A DNA stretch of 64,000 bases from the NCBI GenBank assembly GCA_022448525.1, contig JAKVCX010000007.1, positions 11,035 through 75,034 of the forward strand, in the 5' to 3' direction. Every line of letters begins with the position of its first letter. Positions within the stretch are counted from its first letter, which is position 1. The translations under genes and the position numbers were made by a program. Source of the DNA: Tenacibaculum sp. Lineage in GTDB: Bacteria > Bacteroidota > Bacteroidia > Flavobacteriales > Flavobacteriaceae. This document shows, piece by piece, positions 1-9,588 of the stretch. Below the pieces are notes generated by a model, which had not been told where the DNA came from, made no database searches, and worked only from the letters and a program-made list of their open reading frames with translations.

Positions 1-728
1 CTCCATATCACATGATGACGGAAGAAGCGCGTAAACGTATTCAAGCTTTAGAAATGTTTTCTGAATTAGGAAGTGGATTAAACATTGCAATGAAAGATTT
101 AGAAATTCGTGGTGCTGGAGATTTATTAGGAGGAGAACAAAGTGGATTTATTAATGATATTGGTTTTGATACCTATCAGAAAATCTTAAAAGAAGCCATT
201 GAAGAACTGAAAGAAAATGAGTTCAAAGATTTATATCCAGTAGATGAAAATGCGGGTCCGAAAGAGTATGTAAAAGAAGTTCAAATTGATACTGATTTTG
301 AAATTTTATTCCCCGATGATTATGTAAATAACATCTCAGAACGTTTGAATTTATACAAGCAATTGAGTGATTTAAATGCGGAAGAAGAACTACAAACCTT
401 CGAGAAAAACATCATTGATCGTTTTGGTGAATTTCCAACACAGGTGCAAGATTTATTAGATTCTGTCCGAATTAAATGGTTAGCAAAATCATTAGGATTA
501 GAGAAAGTAATTTTAAAACAAAAACGTTTGGTAGGATATTTTGTGTCAGATCAACAATCGGATTTCTATCAAACCGAAGCATTTACGAGAATGTTGAAGT
601 ATGTACAGCAAAATTCGAAAAGCTGTGTAATGAAGGAAAAACAAACCAAAAACGGATTACGATTATTAATCACATTTATAAAAATTGATTCCGTTAAAAA
701 GGCACTAACTACTTTAGAGAAAATTTAA
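1..728 (+). CDS. mfd: Transcription-repair coupling factor, C-terminal part (5' truncated by window)
   Basis: DLEIRGAGDLLGGEQSGFI (TRG motif) followed by a TRCF-type C-terminal domain; frame is open to the window edge. Confidence 0.95.
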   Translation, partial: PYHMMTEEARKRIQALEMFSELGSGLNIAMKDLEIRGAGDLLGGEQSGFINDIGFDTYQKILKEAIEELKENEFKDLYPVDENAGPKEYVKEVQIDTDFEILFPDDYVNNISERLNLYKQLSDLNAEEELQTFEKNIIDRFGEFPTQVQDLLDSVRIKWLAKSLGLEKVILKQKRLVGYFVSDQQSDFYQTEAFTRMLKYVQQNSKSCVMKEKQTKNGLRLLITFIKIDSVKKALTTLEKI

Positions 729-731
729 AAG

Positions 732-759
732 AAAACTCGAGCTGAAAGGTTCGAGTTTT
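732..759 (+). terminator. Intrinsic terminator after mfd
   Basis: AAAACTCGA...TCGAGTTTT inverted repeat followed by a T-run. Confidence 0.8.
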
Positions 760-833
760 TTAATAACTGATTTTGAGCGAACTTTTGAGGAAAATCTGTA
801 TCTTTTTCCTTGAAAATATTTAAAAGAAAAACT

Positions 834-1925
834 ATGAAAAAGCAACAATGGCTAGTATTATGCTTAGTACTAATGAGCACTTTTGTGTTTGCAACTCGAC
901 AAACTCCAGATCATTTAATCGTTGGAAACGATAGTCTTAAACTACACGTTGGTTGGGGACATCCATCTCCGTTACAAACATATTTTCGTCAAAATAAAAA
1001 TATCAAAAATCCATTTAGAATGATTTCAACTGCAAACTATCGAGGTCATATTGCTACATGGAATATAGAAAACAGTAGGTTTTATTTGATAGGTTTAGAT
1101 GTTGATGGAACAAAACATAAACCAACAGATTTCAGTATTAAATCAGAAAATTCAGGATTTTCCAACGAGAAAAGAGTTTTTGCAGATTGGTTTACTGGCG
1201 TTATTGAATGTCGAAAAATTAATAAAGATTGGAGTGTTGCTTATACTGTGTATTACTATGTAAAGCAAGGAATTGTGGAAAGAGAAGCACAAATTACTAA
1301 TAAAGAGTTAGAAAGATTACAAGAGTTTACCGCAAAAGATACGACCAATACTGAGCTCCTTTCAAAATATTCAATGTTGTATTTGAATCAATCATACATT
1401 TCATTTTACTTCAGATTGTATGAGAGAGAAATGGTGGCTGTTAATGGAAAAAAAGGACAATTATTAGGAAAAGAAGAACGAAGCTTAGTTTTAGATAATT
1501 ACAAAAGTGATTATTCCGATTGGCCATTTAATTGGGAAAGTGAAACGTATGTCGGTGCACCAAATGGAAGTTATGTTATTGAAGATGGTAAATTGTTATT
1601 AGAATCTTTAGAATTATTATCTGGATTAAGTTTTGACGGCCCTGAAAGATCAGAATTGAATATCAAGGAATTTTTTAAAGGCAAAGAGTTTTATAAGGAT
1701 AAGCTTTTTGCTAATTGGGTTTCAGGTGTTTTTATCATCAATTTTGGAAAAGAAGAAAAAGGAGAATTTGGAATGATGCGTTTCAAAGTCAAATCTTCAT
1801 CAATCTATAAAATAGAAAATGGAGTTGTCAAAGAATCGTATGAATTACCTAAGAATAAGAAGGATTTAGAAAATATAGATAACGACCGATTAAAAGACTT
1901 GGTAAAAGAGTTTCAAAATCAGTAG
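834..1925 (+). CDS. Secreted hypothetical protein with an internally duplicated domain
   Basis: ORF 810..1925; ATG at 834 gives a signal peptide (MKKQQWLVLCLVLMSTFVFA); two similar segments ending FADWFTGVI and FANWVSGVF. Confidence 0.75.
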   Translation: MKKQQWLVLCLVLMSTFVFATRQTPDHLIVGNDSLKLHVGWGHPSPLQTYFRQNKNIKNPFRMISTANYRGHIATWNIENSRFYLIGLDVDGTKHKPTDFSIKSENSGFSNEKRVFADWFTGVIECRKINKDWSVAYTVYYYVKQGIVEREAQITNKELERLQEFTAKDTTNTELLSKYSMLYLNQSYISFYFRLYEREMVAVNGKKGQLLGKEERSLVLDNYKSDYSDWPFNWESETYVGAPNGSYVIEDGKLLLESLELLSGLSFDGPERSELNIKEFFKGKEFYKDKLFANWVSGVFIINFGKEEKGEFGMMRFKVKSSSIYKIENGVVKESYELPKNKKDLENIDNDRLKDLVKEFQNQ

Positions 1926-1978
1926 TTCTTGGGGGAATTCAAAAAGTTTAAATTTGTAGTGGTTAAAAAAGAAGGCTA

Positions 1979-3313
1979 ATGAGAAAATTAGGTGTTGTCT
2001 TGTTGTCAACTTTTGTTTTTACAACAAGCATATCAGCTCAAAAAATCAAAGGAGTTATTAAAAACGCAAGTAGTGAAACCAAGTTTTCACTTCGAACAAT
2101 TGGAGATAGAACAATCAAAGAAATTCCTATAGAAAATGGAACTTTTGAAGTTGATAATTTAAATTTAAAGGAAGGATTTTATTTAATTCGAAAAGACAAC
2201 AGTACAGAGCATGTGTATTTAAAACCAAATGATGAACTTATAATTAGTTTCGATGCTCAAAAATTTGACGAAACTTTGTCTTATGCTGGTGAAGGTTCAG
2301 AAGCAAATAATTATTTGGTAATAAAAGGGAAACTAGAGCTGGAACGTAAAAAAGATACGGATAAATTTTACGAAGGAAATGAGCAAGATTATAAAAGGAA
2401 AATTCTTGCCATTGAAAAAGAAATAAAAGATTTATTGGCTAAGGTAAACAGCGAAAGTTTCCGAAAAGAAGAAGCGAAAAATTTAAGATTCGGTTACTTA
2501 TTCGACATTTATAATTACCCGAATATAATGAAGTTCAATTTCGGAAAGAAAGTAACCGTTCCTGAAAGTTTCTTCTCTGAACTAGAAGGTGTGAACTTTG
2601 ATAATGCAGCTAACTATTTAAAATACCCGTACTACAAATATTTAGCAGGAACAAAATGGAAAAAGGATGTTGAGAATGCCGATAGTTTTGAAGAAATGAG
2701 CAGCATAATGGAAAAAATTCGTTCGAAACATATTTTTGTAGATGTGATAATCAACTCTTTTTATCGAATTGCAGATACGCCGGAGAAGTCTAAAATGCAT
2801 TTTAAGTTGATTGAAAAGTTTGTTCCGAATAAGGAATTTATAAAACAGGCGAAGGCAGAATATGAAAAAGTAAAGGCTACATCAAACGGTAATAAAGCAC
2901 CAAATTTCAAGTTTAACGATCGTAATGGAAAGCTAGTTGAATTAACGAATTTCAAAGGAAAATACGTACTCATTGATATCTGGGCGACTTGGTGTGTTCC
3001 ATGTTTAAAGCAAGTACCCTATTTAAAAAAGTTAGAGAAAAAGTATCACGATAAAAACATTGTATTTGTAGGTATTTCAGTTGATGATAAAGACGAATAC
3101 AAATTGTGGAAAGAAACTTTAGACAAGAAGAAAATGGGTGGAGTTCAACTTTTTGCAGACAAGTCTTTTGAGTCTGATTTTGTCGATGCATTTGGTGTCG
3201 CTTCAATTCCAAGGTTTATTTTAATTTCTCCCGAAGGAACTATTGTAGAAAGTCATTTTAGCAAACCATCTCATAAAATTACTGAAGATAAGCTAGATGC
3301 TTTGTTGAAGTAA
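1979..3313 (+). CDS. TlpA/ResA-family thiol-disulfide oxidoreductase with long N-terminal region
   Basis: Signal peptide; C-terminal KGKYVLIDIWATWCVPC redoxin motif. Confidence 0.9.
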   Translation: MRKLGVVLLSTFVFTTSISAQKIKGVIKNASSETKFSLRTIGDRTIKEIPIENGTFEVDNLNLKEGFYLIRKDNSTEHVYLKPNDELIISFDAQKFDETLSYAGEGSEANNYLVIKGKLELERKKDTDKFYEGNEQDYKRKILAIEKEIKDLLAKVNSESFRKEEAKNLRFGYLFDIYNYPNIMKFNFGKKVTVPESFFSELEGVNFDNAANYLKYPYYKYLAGTKWKKDVENADSFEEMSSIMEKIRSKHIFVDVIINSFYRIADTPEKSKMHFKLIEKFVPNKEFIKQAKAEYEKVKATSNGNKAPNFKFNDRNGKLVELTNFKGKYVLIDIWATWCVPCLKQVPYLKKLEKKYHDKNIVFVGISVDDKDEYKLWKETLDKKKMGGVQLFADKSFESDFVDAFGVASIPRFILISPEGTIVESHFSKPSHKITEDKLDALLK

Positions 3314-3349
3314 TTCTAATATTGAAAATGATATTAAATTTTTTGAATA

Positions 3350-4576
3350 ATGAAGATAAACTTCACTTTAGCCTTTCTTTTAGTATCGCTTGTTAGTTTT
3401 GGTCAATTACGAGAATTGGAACCAACTTCTATTGATAAATTAGACCTGAATTTTCAAGGTGAAAAACAGTTTAATGATACCTACAAAAAGGCTGAGAAGG
3501 TATGGGAAAAATTAGGTAATGGAGTTGAATACAACGAGCTATCTGATAAAGAACAACAATTGGTAGATTCTGTAGATGAAACGATGTCAAGTTATTGGGA
3601 TATTATTAGCGACGGTTGCAGCTGGTATTGTGGAGGTGGTCCTAATAAAGTAATTGCTTCAAGTTTTTTAAAACCCCAAGGAAGTACTAATTATAATCCA
3701 GAAAATGCTCATGATTTAAATTATAAAACTGCTTGGGTCGAAGGAGTTTCAGGTTATGGAATAGGAGAATATTTACTTTACAGTTTTGATGCTACTTCAC
3801 CAAGAATTACCGAGATAACTGTTGTGAATGGCTATGTAAAAAGTGAAGCAGCTTGGAAGAATAATTCCAGAGTGAAAAAACTAAAACTTTATATAGATGA
3901 TAAGCCTTTTGCAATTCTGAATTTAAAGGATCTTCGAGGAGCTCAACATTTCCAGTTTGAGCCAATTGGTAGTAGTGAAAGAGAGAATTGGAAAGATTTG
4001 AAATCGAAGCCAAATTGGACCATGAAGTTTGAAATTGCTGAAGCTTACAAAGGAGATAAATATGACGATGTTGTTATTTCTGAAATCTATTTTGACGGAA
4101 TTGATGTACATTGTTTCGCAGCTGGAACTAAAATTCTTTTAGGTGACAAAACATCAAAAAACATTGAGAATTTAAAAGTAGGAGATACGGTTTCTTATAT
4201 GGACTTTGAGACTAATAGTTTAAAATATGCTAAAATTGAAAAATTAGAAAAAGTAACTCATAATGAGTTGGCTATTTATCAATTTGAAAGTGGATTGACA
4301 ATTACGGCAACACCAGATCATCCTTTTAGAATTAGTAATAATAAATGGGCCTCATTACTACCTGAAAAGTCCGCACAGTATAAAGGTTTTGAAAACTGCA
4401 AGAGAATTTCAATAGGAGATGAATTTTTAACAGCTACTGGATATGAAAAGTTAGTTTCTATTGTTTATTCAAATAAAGCACAAGAAACATTTACCATTTC
4501 AAAATTAAGCTCAGGAAATAATTTTATAGCAAACGGATTAGTAGTTGCTGTTGAATCTTTGAGGAAAAGAAAATAA
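3350..4576 (+). CDS. Secreted protein: discoidin-like (NADase-type glycan-binding-like) domain plus C-terminal Hint domain
   Basis: Signal peptide; AWVEG..GIGE..NGY.KS..W..NSRVK pattern; Hint starts at Cys255 (H-CFAAGTKI..IENLKVGD), has TPDH block B and ends NNFIANGLVV. Confidence 0.8.
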   Translation: MKINFTLAFLLVSLVSFGQLRELEPTSIDKLDLNFQGEKQFNDTYKKAEKVWEKLGNGVEYNELSDKEQQLVDSVDETMSSYWDIISDGCSWYCGGGPNKVIASSFLKPQGSTNYNPENAHDLNYKTAWVEGVSGYGIGEYLLYSFDATSPRITEITVVNGYVKSEAAWKNNSRVKKLKLYIDDKPFAILNLKDLRGAQHFQFEPIGSSERENWKDLKSKPNWTMKFEIAEAYKGDKYDDVVISEIYFDGIDVHCFAAGTKILLGDKTSKNIENLKVGDTVSYMDFETNSLKYAKIEKLEKVTHNELAIYQFESGLTITATPDHPFRISNNKWASLLPEKSAQYKGFENCKRISIGDEFLTATGYEKLVSIVYSNKAQETFTISKLSSGNNFIANGLVVAVESLRKRK

Positions 4577-4584
4577 TAGTTGAT

Positions 4585-5118
4585 ATGAAAATTATAAGTT
4601 ACGTTTGGATCATTATTATGCTTCTTTCATTGGCTTTAACAGGAAGATTACTAACTGTTTTTAGTTCAGATTATGAGCTTATTGAAACAGGAAGTATCAT
4701 GGAAAATTTCTGCTTAAATGTTGCTTATATGGCAGGTTGGGTATTGATGTTATCAAATGGAACCTTTGTTAAAACGAAATATTTTAAAATTACGCAGGGA
4801 TTAATGTCAATCCTTATTATTGGAGCACTTTTAAAAATTATGCATTGGACAACATATGCTGATTATTTAATAGTTTTTGGTTTGTTGGGAATTTTAATTG
4901 CTTACAGCATAAGTTTCTACAAAAAACCGATTAAAAAGAGATTAGATTATTTAAAACTTACCTGGGTAATTTTATTACTAAGTAGCACAATTTTAATTTT
5001 ACTACGCGTTTTATCCATGGATTATCGATTGGTAGGAGATGTTGTTTTTTGGATATTATTGTTAGACTTTTGTATCACGAAAACGAACCTTTTTAGTAAA
5101 CAACAGTCCTATTCATAA
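4585..5118 (+). CDS. Multi-pass membrane protein with GldL-N-like motif
   Basis: About 5 hydrophobic segments; IIGALLKIMHW resembles the GldL N-terminal helix motif. Confidence 0.65.
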   Translation: MKIISYVWIIIMLLSLALTGRLLTVFSSDYELIETGSIMENFCLNVAYMAGWVLMLSNGTFVKTKYFKITQGLMSILIIGALLKIMHWTTYADYLIVFGLLGILIAYSISFYKKPIKKRLDYLKLTWVILLLSSTILILLRVLSMDYRLVGDVVFWILLLDFCITKTNLFSKQQSYS

Positions 5119-5187
5119 TCTATTTTAAAAATAGTATCTTTTGGTGTTATTTATGATGATGAACCACGATGTTTAAATGTTAGGTAA

Positions 5188-6552
5188 ATGAAACGAATAC
5201 TCACAATAGTTTTTATAGGCTTAGTAACGGTAATATACGGACAACGATTGTCTTTTAATATTACCAATGATTCTATTAAAAAAGAATTTTATCTAACAAA
5301 AATCAATAATGAAATTGTAGAAACAATTACTATTGAATCTTTCAACTTTAATGTGGATATTAACTTTGATGAAGGTTATTACTTTCTAAAAAAAGAAGAC
5401 GAGAAAACATTGTTATACTTGAAAAGAAACGATGAGTTTTCTATTTCTTTTGACGGAGAAAACTTTTTAAAATCACTTACTTTTTCAGGAAAACGAGGAG
5501 CAGGAAGAAACACCTATTTGCATAGTAAAACTTCAGAGTTGTTAGATCAAGATGGAAATTTGACTACCTTTTACAAGAGAAATTTTTATGAAGGAAATGA
5601 AAATGAGTATTTACGTCGACTCGATCAATTTTACAAAGGTTTTTACGGAACACTTTTCGGAAGTGGATTTGAAGAAAGTTTTGTAAATGAAGAATCCAAG
5701 AATTTGCAATATGGCTATTACTTGGATATTCTAAAATTCGAAAAAGCCAAAAAGCACTATGATTTTAAAGATAGTATTCAGGTTTCAAAAGCGTATTTAG
5801 CACCTTTGAGAAATGTGCATTTCGATAACCAATTGTTTTCTGATCGTTACCAGTCGTATAACGATCTTGCAGTTTTGAAATGGCAAATAGATGTAGAAAA
5901 CACCAATGATTATCCGGTAATGGAAGGAATCATAGCTTCAATTAGAACCGAAGCAATTCAGAAGGCATTATTGGTGCGTTTGTATGAAACAATGACAAAA
6001 GATGAACCAAGTAGAATGCGCGCTTATTTGGATTTTATCAAGGCTTATTCAAAAGACAATCAATTAATTGCAAAAGCGAAAGCAAAGCTTTCAGTTATTA
6101 GACAAGAAGAGGCGGAAAAAAACCTTTCTAGATTTTCATATTTAAACACTAACGGAGAAGAGGTGAAATTAGCCGATTTTAAAGGCAATTATATTTTTCT
6201 ATATCTATGGGCAACTTTTTGTAAAGATTGCGTAAATGAGTTTAAAAACATCGAAAAACTACGAGAAAACTTCGAAGATAAAAACATAGTATTTGTTGGT
6301 GTTTCTGTAGATAAGAAGGAAGATTTCGATAAATGGTCTGGTTTGGTAAAAGAATCAGGAATTAAAACAAGTGCTATGCAATTGTTTTTTGATGATGCAA
6401 GATCAAAAATTATCAAAGCTTATGATATTTCTTCTATTCCGGCCTTAGTGGTATTATCTCTGAAAGGAGAAAAGATGGAAATTGATATCAAAGAAATCGA
6501 TTCAAAGAAAACACAACGTGCTTTGCGAAAACTGTTTGATAAACAAGAGTAA
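5188..6552 (+). CDS. TlpA-family thiol-disulfide oxidoreductase, paralog of 1979..3313
   Basis: KGNYIFLYLWATFCKDC CxxC motif; shared N-region motifs (FYEGNE, EE.KNL..GY..DI). Confidence 0.85.
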   Translation: MKRILTIVFIGLVTVIYGQRLSFNITNDSIKKEFYLTKINNEIVETITIESFNFNVDINFDEGYYFLKKEDEKTLLYLKRNDEFSISFDGENFLKSLTFSGKRGAGRNTYLHSKTSELLDQDGNLTTFYKRNFYEGNENEYLRRLDQFYKGFYGTLFGSGFEESFVNEESKNLQYGYYLDILKFEKAKKHYDFKDSIQVSKAYLAPLRNVHFDNQLFSDRYQSYNDLAVLKWQIDVENTNDYPVMEGIIASIRTEAIQKALLVRLYETMTKDEPSRMRAYLDFIKAYSKDNQLIAKAKAKLSVIRQEEAEKNLSRFSYLNTNGEEVKLADFKGNYIFLYLWATFCKDCVNEFKNIEKLRENFEDKNIVFVGVSVDKKEDFDKWSGLVKESGIKTSAMQLFFDDARSKIIKAYDISSIPALVVLSLKGEKMEIDIKEIDSKKTQRALRKLFDKQE

Positions 6553-6637
6553 ATTACAATTCTTTTAAACAGCGTTCTACTGGTAAGAACGAAATTAATA
6601 ACTATCTTTCGCACTTAAATCTACTAAAAATAGTGCC

Positions 6638-7504
6638 TTGCAAAACAATTATTTAGAGAAACTTCTAGGTTTAATCATAGCAACATTTTTTATCAGTACT
6701 TCTGGTGTGTTAGGAAGATATATAAGTATGCCTTCTGAAGTTATTATTTTCTTCAGAGCTACGTTTGCAATGATCATTTTGTTTGTGTTTTTAAAATACA
6801 AACGTGTTGATTTTAAGTTAAAATCTAGCAAACATAGACTTCCATTTTTAATTGCAGGTGTGTTTATGGGTGTTCATTGGGTAACTTATTTTTATGCATT
6901 AAAACTCTCGAACGTAGCCATTGGAATGTTATCCTTATATACATTTCCAGTGATGACTGCTTTTTTAGAACCTGTTTTTTTAAAGGTAAAATTCAATCCG
7001 ATTTATATTGTCTTGGGAATTTTAGTGTTGTTAGGATTGTATATTTTATCTCCCGATTTCACATTCGAAAGTACAACAGTTCAAGGCATTTTATTCGGAT
7101 TAGTTTCAGCTTTGTGTTATTCGATTCGAATTTTAATTTTAAAGAAATATGTGCACCAGTACAATGGTGTATTACTCATGTTTTATCAAACGATTATTAT
7201 AAGTATTTGCTTGTTCCCTACTCTATTTTTTATGGATACTTCAGGGTTTCAAAGTCAACTGCCATATTTACTATTATTAGCATTTTTAACTACAGCAATT
7301 GGTCATAGTTTAATGGTTTATTCTTTACAGTTTTTCACGGCATCAACCACTAGTATCATCAGTAGCATACAACCTATTTTTGGAATTATTTTGGCTTTCA
7401 TTTTTTTAAGTGAAATACCAACTGTAAATACTTTCTTAGGAGGAGGTTTAATACTAGCAACTGTTGTAATTGAAAGTATTAGAAGTAAGAGAAGTAAAAA
7501 GTAA
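6638..7504 (+). CDS. EamA/DMT family transporter
   Basis: About 10 TM segments in two repeats; DMT-like motifs (YTFPV..AFLEP, QPIFGIILA). Confidence 0.9.
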   Translation: MQNNYLEKLLGLIIATFFISTSGVLGRYISMPSEVIIFFRATFAMIILFVFLKYKRVDFKLKSSKHRLPFLIAGVFMGVHWVTYFYALKLSNVAIGMLSLYTFPVMTAFLEPVFLKVKFNPIYIVLGILVLLGLYILSPDFTFESTTVQGILFGLVSALCYSIRILILKKYVHQYNGVLLMFYQTIIISICLFPTLFFMDTSGFQSQLPYLLLLAFLTTAIGHSLMVYSLQFFTASTTSIISSIQPIFGIILAFIFLSEIPTVNTFLGGGLILATVVIESIRSKRSKK

Positions 7505-7515
7505 ATTCTAATAAA

Positions 7516-8601
7516 TTATTTGAATCTACGTAAAGAAACATCTTCATAGTTTCTTCTAACAAAATCCAAAGCACTTTCTAAAACTTCGCCCATTCCTTTA
7601 CTTTTTTTGAAAGAGATATCGCTTGTGAAATCGAAAATTTCCATTTTTAATTTCTCGATATTTTCATTGGTAGAAATCTCATCATTCTTCATGCAAAAAA
7701 TTAACTCATCGATTCTATCTTCTGAAGATAAAATACGTTTTGCTACAATCGAACGCTCTTCAAGTTTATATTGTTCAATGGAATTTTCTTGAAGCTTATC
7801 TCCTACCAGTTTTACCATTGGATAATTTTCTTTAAAAAACTGAGGATAGTACACTTTAAATTTTCCTTCAAAGCATTGTTGATCGAAATCAATCGCCCTT
7901 ATTTTATAAACAACATTATCAAAATCGTGTGTAGGAACAATTACGTAATTGTACGATCTCATATCTCCTAACAAACGAATCATACAACGCTCATTAAATT
8001 TTACAAACTCCTTCGCAATTTGAGATTTTTGAGATTCAGTACAGTCTGGTAAAATTTCTTTAATAAAAGTATCACCTGGGATTCCTGCAATATGTTCTTC
8101 AATTAAAGTATCCTTGTAAACAAGAAAGTTTAAATTATAGGGAGATAAAATATGTTCTAATTCTAAACCATACACTCTTGAAGCATCGGTTTTTTTTACA
8201 TAGAAGTATGTGTAATTATCATTTAAAACATTACGGACTTTTACACGAAATGGTTTTGAGTTTCCAAACGTACAAAAATCGACACAGTCGATATTTAAAT
8301 ATTGAATATTGTCCTCGTTTCCATTCGAATGCAGAATGTTATAAACTTTCTTTAAACTAAGATCTATTTCCTCTCTGTCAAACTCCGAATAGTATACACG
8401 AACCCACAAAGTATCTTCATCGTTTTTATCATACACAACAACCGACCCCTGAAAGCGTAATAAATCCTCGTAAAAAATTGGAATTTTAATGTTCCTGCTG
8501 TGTTCAATCAAGTATTCATTTAAAAAATGATTGATGGGAAACGCAGGTTTCTTTTTAGACATTAATTTTTCTTCGGAATGCATGAGTGGGTCTTTTTTCA
8601 A
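7516..8601 (-). CDS. Hypothetical protein with kinase-like (PI3/4K- or HipA-like) motifs
   Basis: YVKK, GLELE, LGDMRSYN, AIDFD; true start may be ATG at 8583 or 8562. Confidence 0.7.
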   Translation of the reverse strand: MKKDPLMHSEEKLMSKKKPAFPINHFLNEYLIEHSRNIKIPIFYEDLLRFQGSVVVYDKNDEDTLWVRVYYSEFDREEIDLSLKKVYNILHSNGNEDNIQYLNIDCVDFCTFGNSKPFRVKVRNVLNDNYTYFYVKKTDASRVYGLELEHILSPYNLNFLVYKDTLIEEHIAGIPGDTFIKEILPDCTESQKSQIAKEFVKFNERCMIRLLGDMRSYNYVIVPTHDFDNVVYKIRAIDFDQQCFEGKFKVYYPQFFKENYPMVKLVGDKLQENSIEQYKLEERSIVAKRILSSEDRIDELIFCMKNDEISTNENIEKLKMEIFDFTSDISFKKSKGMGEVLESALDFVRRNYEDVSLRRFK

Positions 8602-8666
8602 ATGTAAGCAATTAAACGAAGACTTTTGGAATAGAATTTGTTTCGAATATGTGAAACTATACTACT

Positions 8667-9587
8667 ATGAAAAACTATAAAATTACCATTCCTGAGCCTT
8701 GTCATGAAAATTGGCATCAAATGACTTCAGTGGAGAAAGGACGATTTTGTAAATCTTGTTCAAAAACAGTGATTGATTTTACTAAGAAATCTCCAAAACA
8801 AATTCAAGAATACTTGCAACTAAATCAAGGAAAACGAGTTTGTGGGCATTTTTATAAAAAACAATTAGACAGTATAGTTGTTGAATTACCTATTACTGTT
8901 TTTGAGAGAGAATTATCATTTCAAAAGATGTTTGTTTTATTGATTTTAGTGGTAATGGGAACCAGTTTGTTGAGCTGTAAAACGGAAGGCAAAACTCAGA
9001 AAATTGAGAAAGTAATAATGAGAGATTCTATGGAAACATCGGAAAAAACCATAGACAGTTTGTTCTCAATTATACAAAAGGATTCAACTATAAAGAAGAA
9101 TGAAAAGGTTATTAAAATACCAAAAAATGATAGCATTATAACAGTTTTAGGAGCACTACCTCCACCACCTAAAACTACGGGAATTGTAGTTGAAGTCACA
9201 GGTGAACCAGTTCTTGAAGAATATGACGCTCCTCATTATTTTTCACTTATTGATAAAGTTCCAAGGTTTAAAGGTGTAGTGAAAAGAGTTAATGAATCTT
9301 GGTCAGAAAACTTTGAAAGAAAGATGAAGGAGTTTGTAGTTAAAAAACTTCATGCCGAGTCATATCAAAATCTTGGATTATCTTCTGGGAAAAGGAAAAT
9401 ATTCACTCAAATTGTTATAGATAATTTAGGTAATATTGAAGAAGTAAGAGTGAGAGCTCCTCATCCAAAATTAAGAGAAGAAATACGATCAATACTGATG
9501 AACCTTCCTCAATTCATTCCTGGAGAAAATGAGAATAGACGAGTAAAAGTCAAGTATAATTTACCTATAAATTTGGTGATTGACTAA
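8667..9587 (+). CDS. TonB C-terminal domain protein with Cys-rich N-terminus
   Basis: PEPCHENW..GRFCKSCSK N-terminus, Pro-rich linker, C-terminal PQFIPG..VKVKYNLPI. Confidence 0.75.
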   Translation: MKNYKITIPEPCHENWHQMTSVEKGRFCKSCSKTVIDFTKKSPKQIQEYLQLNQGKRVCGHFYKKQLDSIVVELPITVFERELSFQKMFVLLILVVMGTSLLSCKTEGKTQKIEKVIMRDSMETSEKTIDSLFSIIQKDSTIKKNEKVIKIPKNDSIITVLGALPPPPKTTGIVVEVTGEPVLEEYDAPHYFSLIDKVPRFKGVVKRVNESWSENFERKMKEFVVKKLHAESYQNLGLSSGKRKIFTQIVIDNLGNIEEVRVRAPHPKLREEIRSILMNLPQFIPGENENRRVKVKYNLPINLVID

Positions 9588-9588
9588 G

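Noticed and set aside
4112-4576. Self-splicing intein
   Set aside because: No terminal His-Asn/Gln plus nucleophile and no meaningful C-extein; splicing is not expected.
4585-5118. Calling this gene gldL
   Set aside because: Only the short N-terminal motif matches; it lacks the long cytoplasmic domain and the gldK/M/N context.
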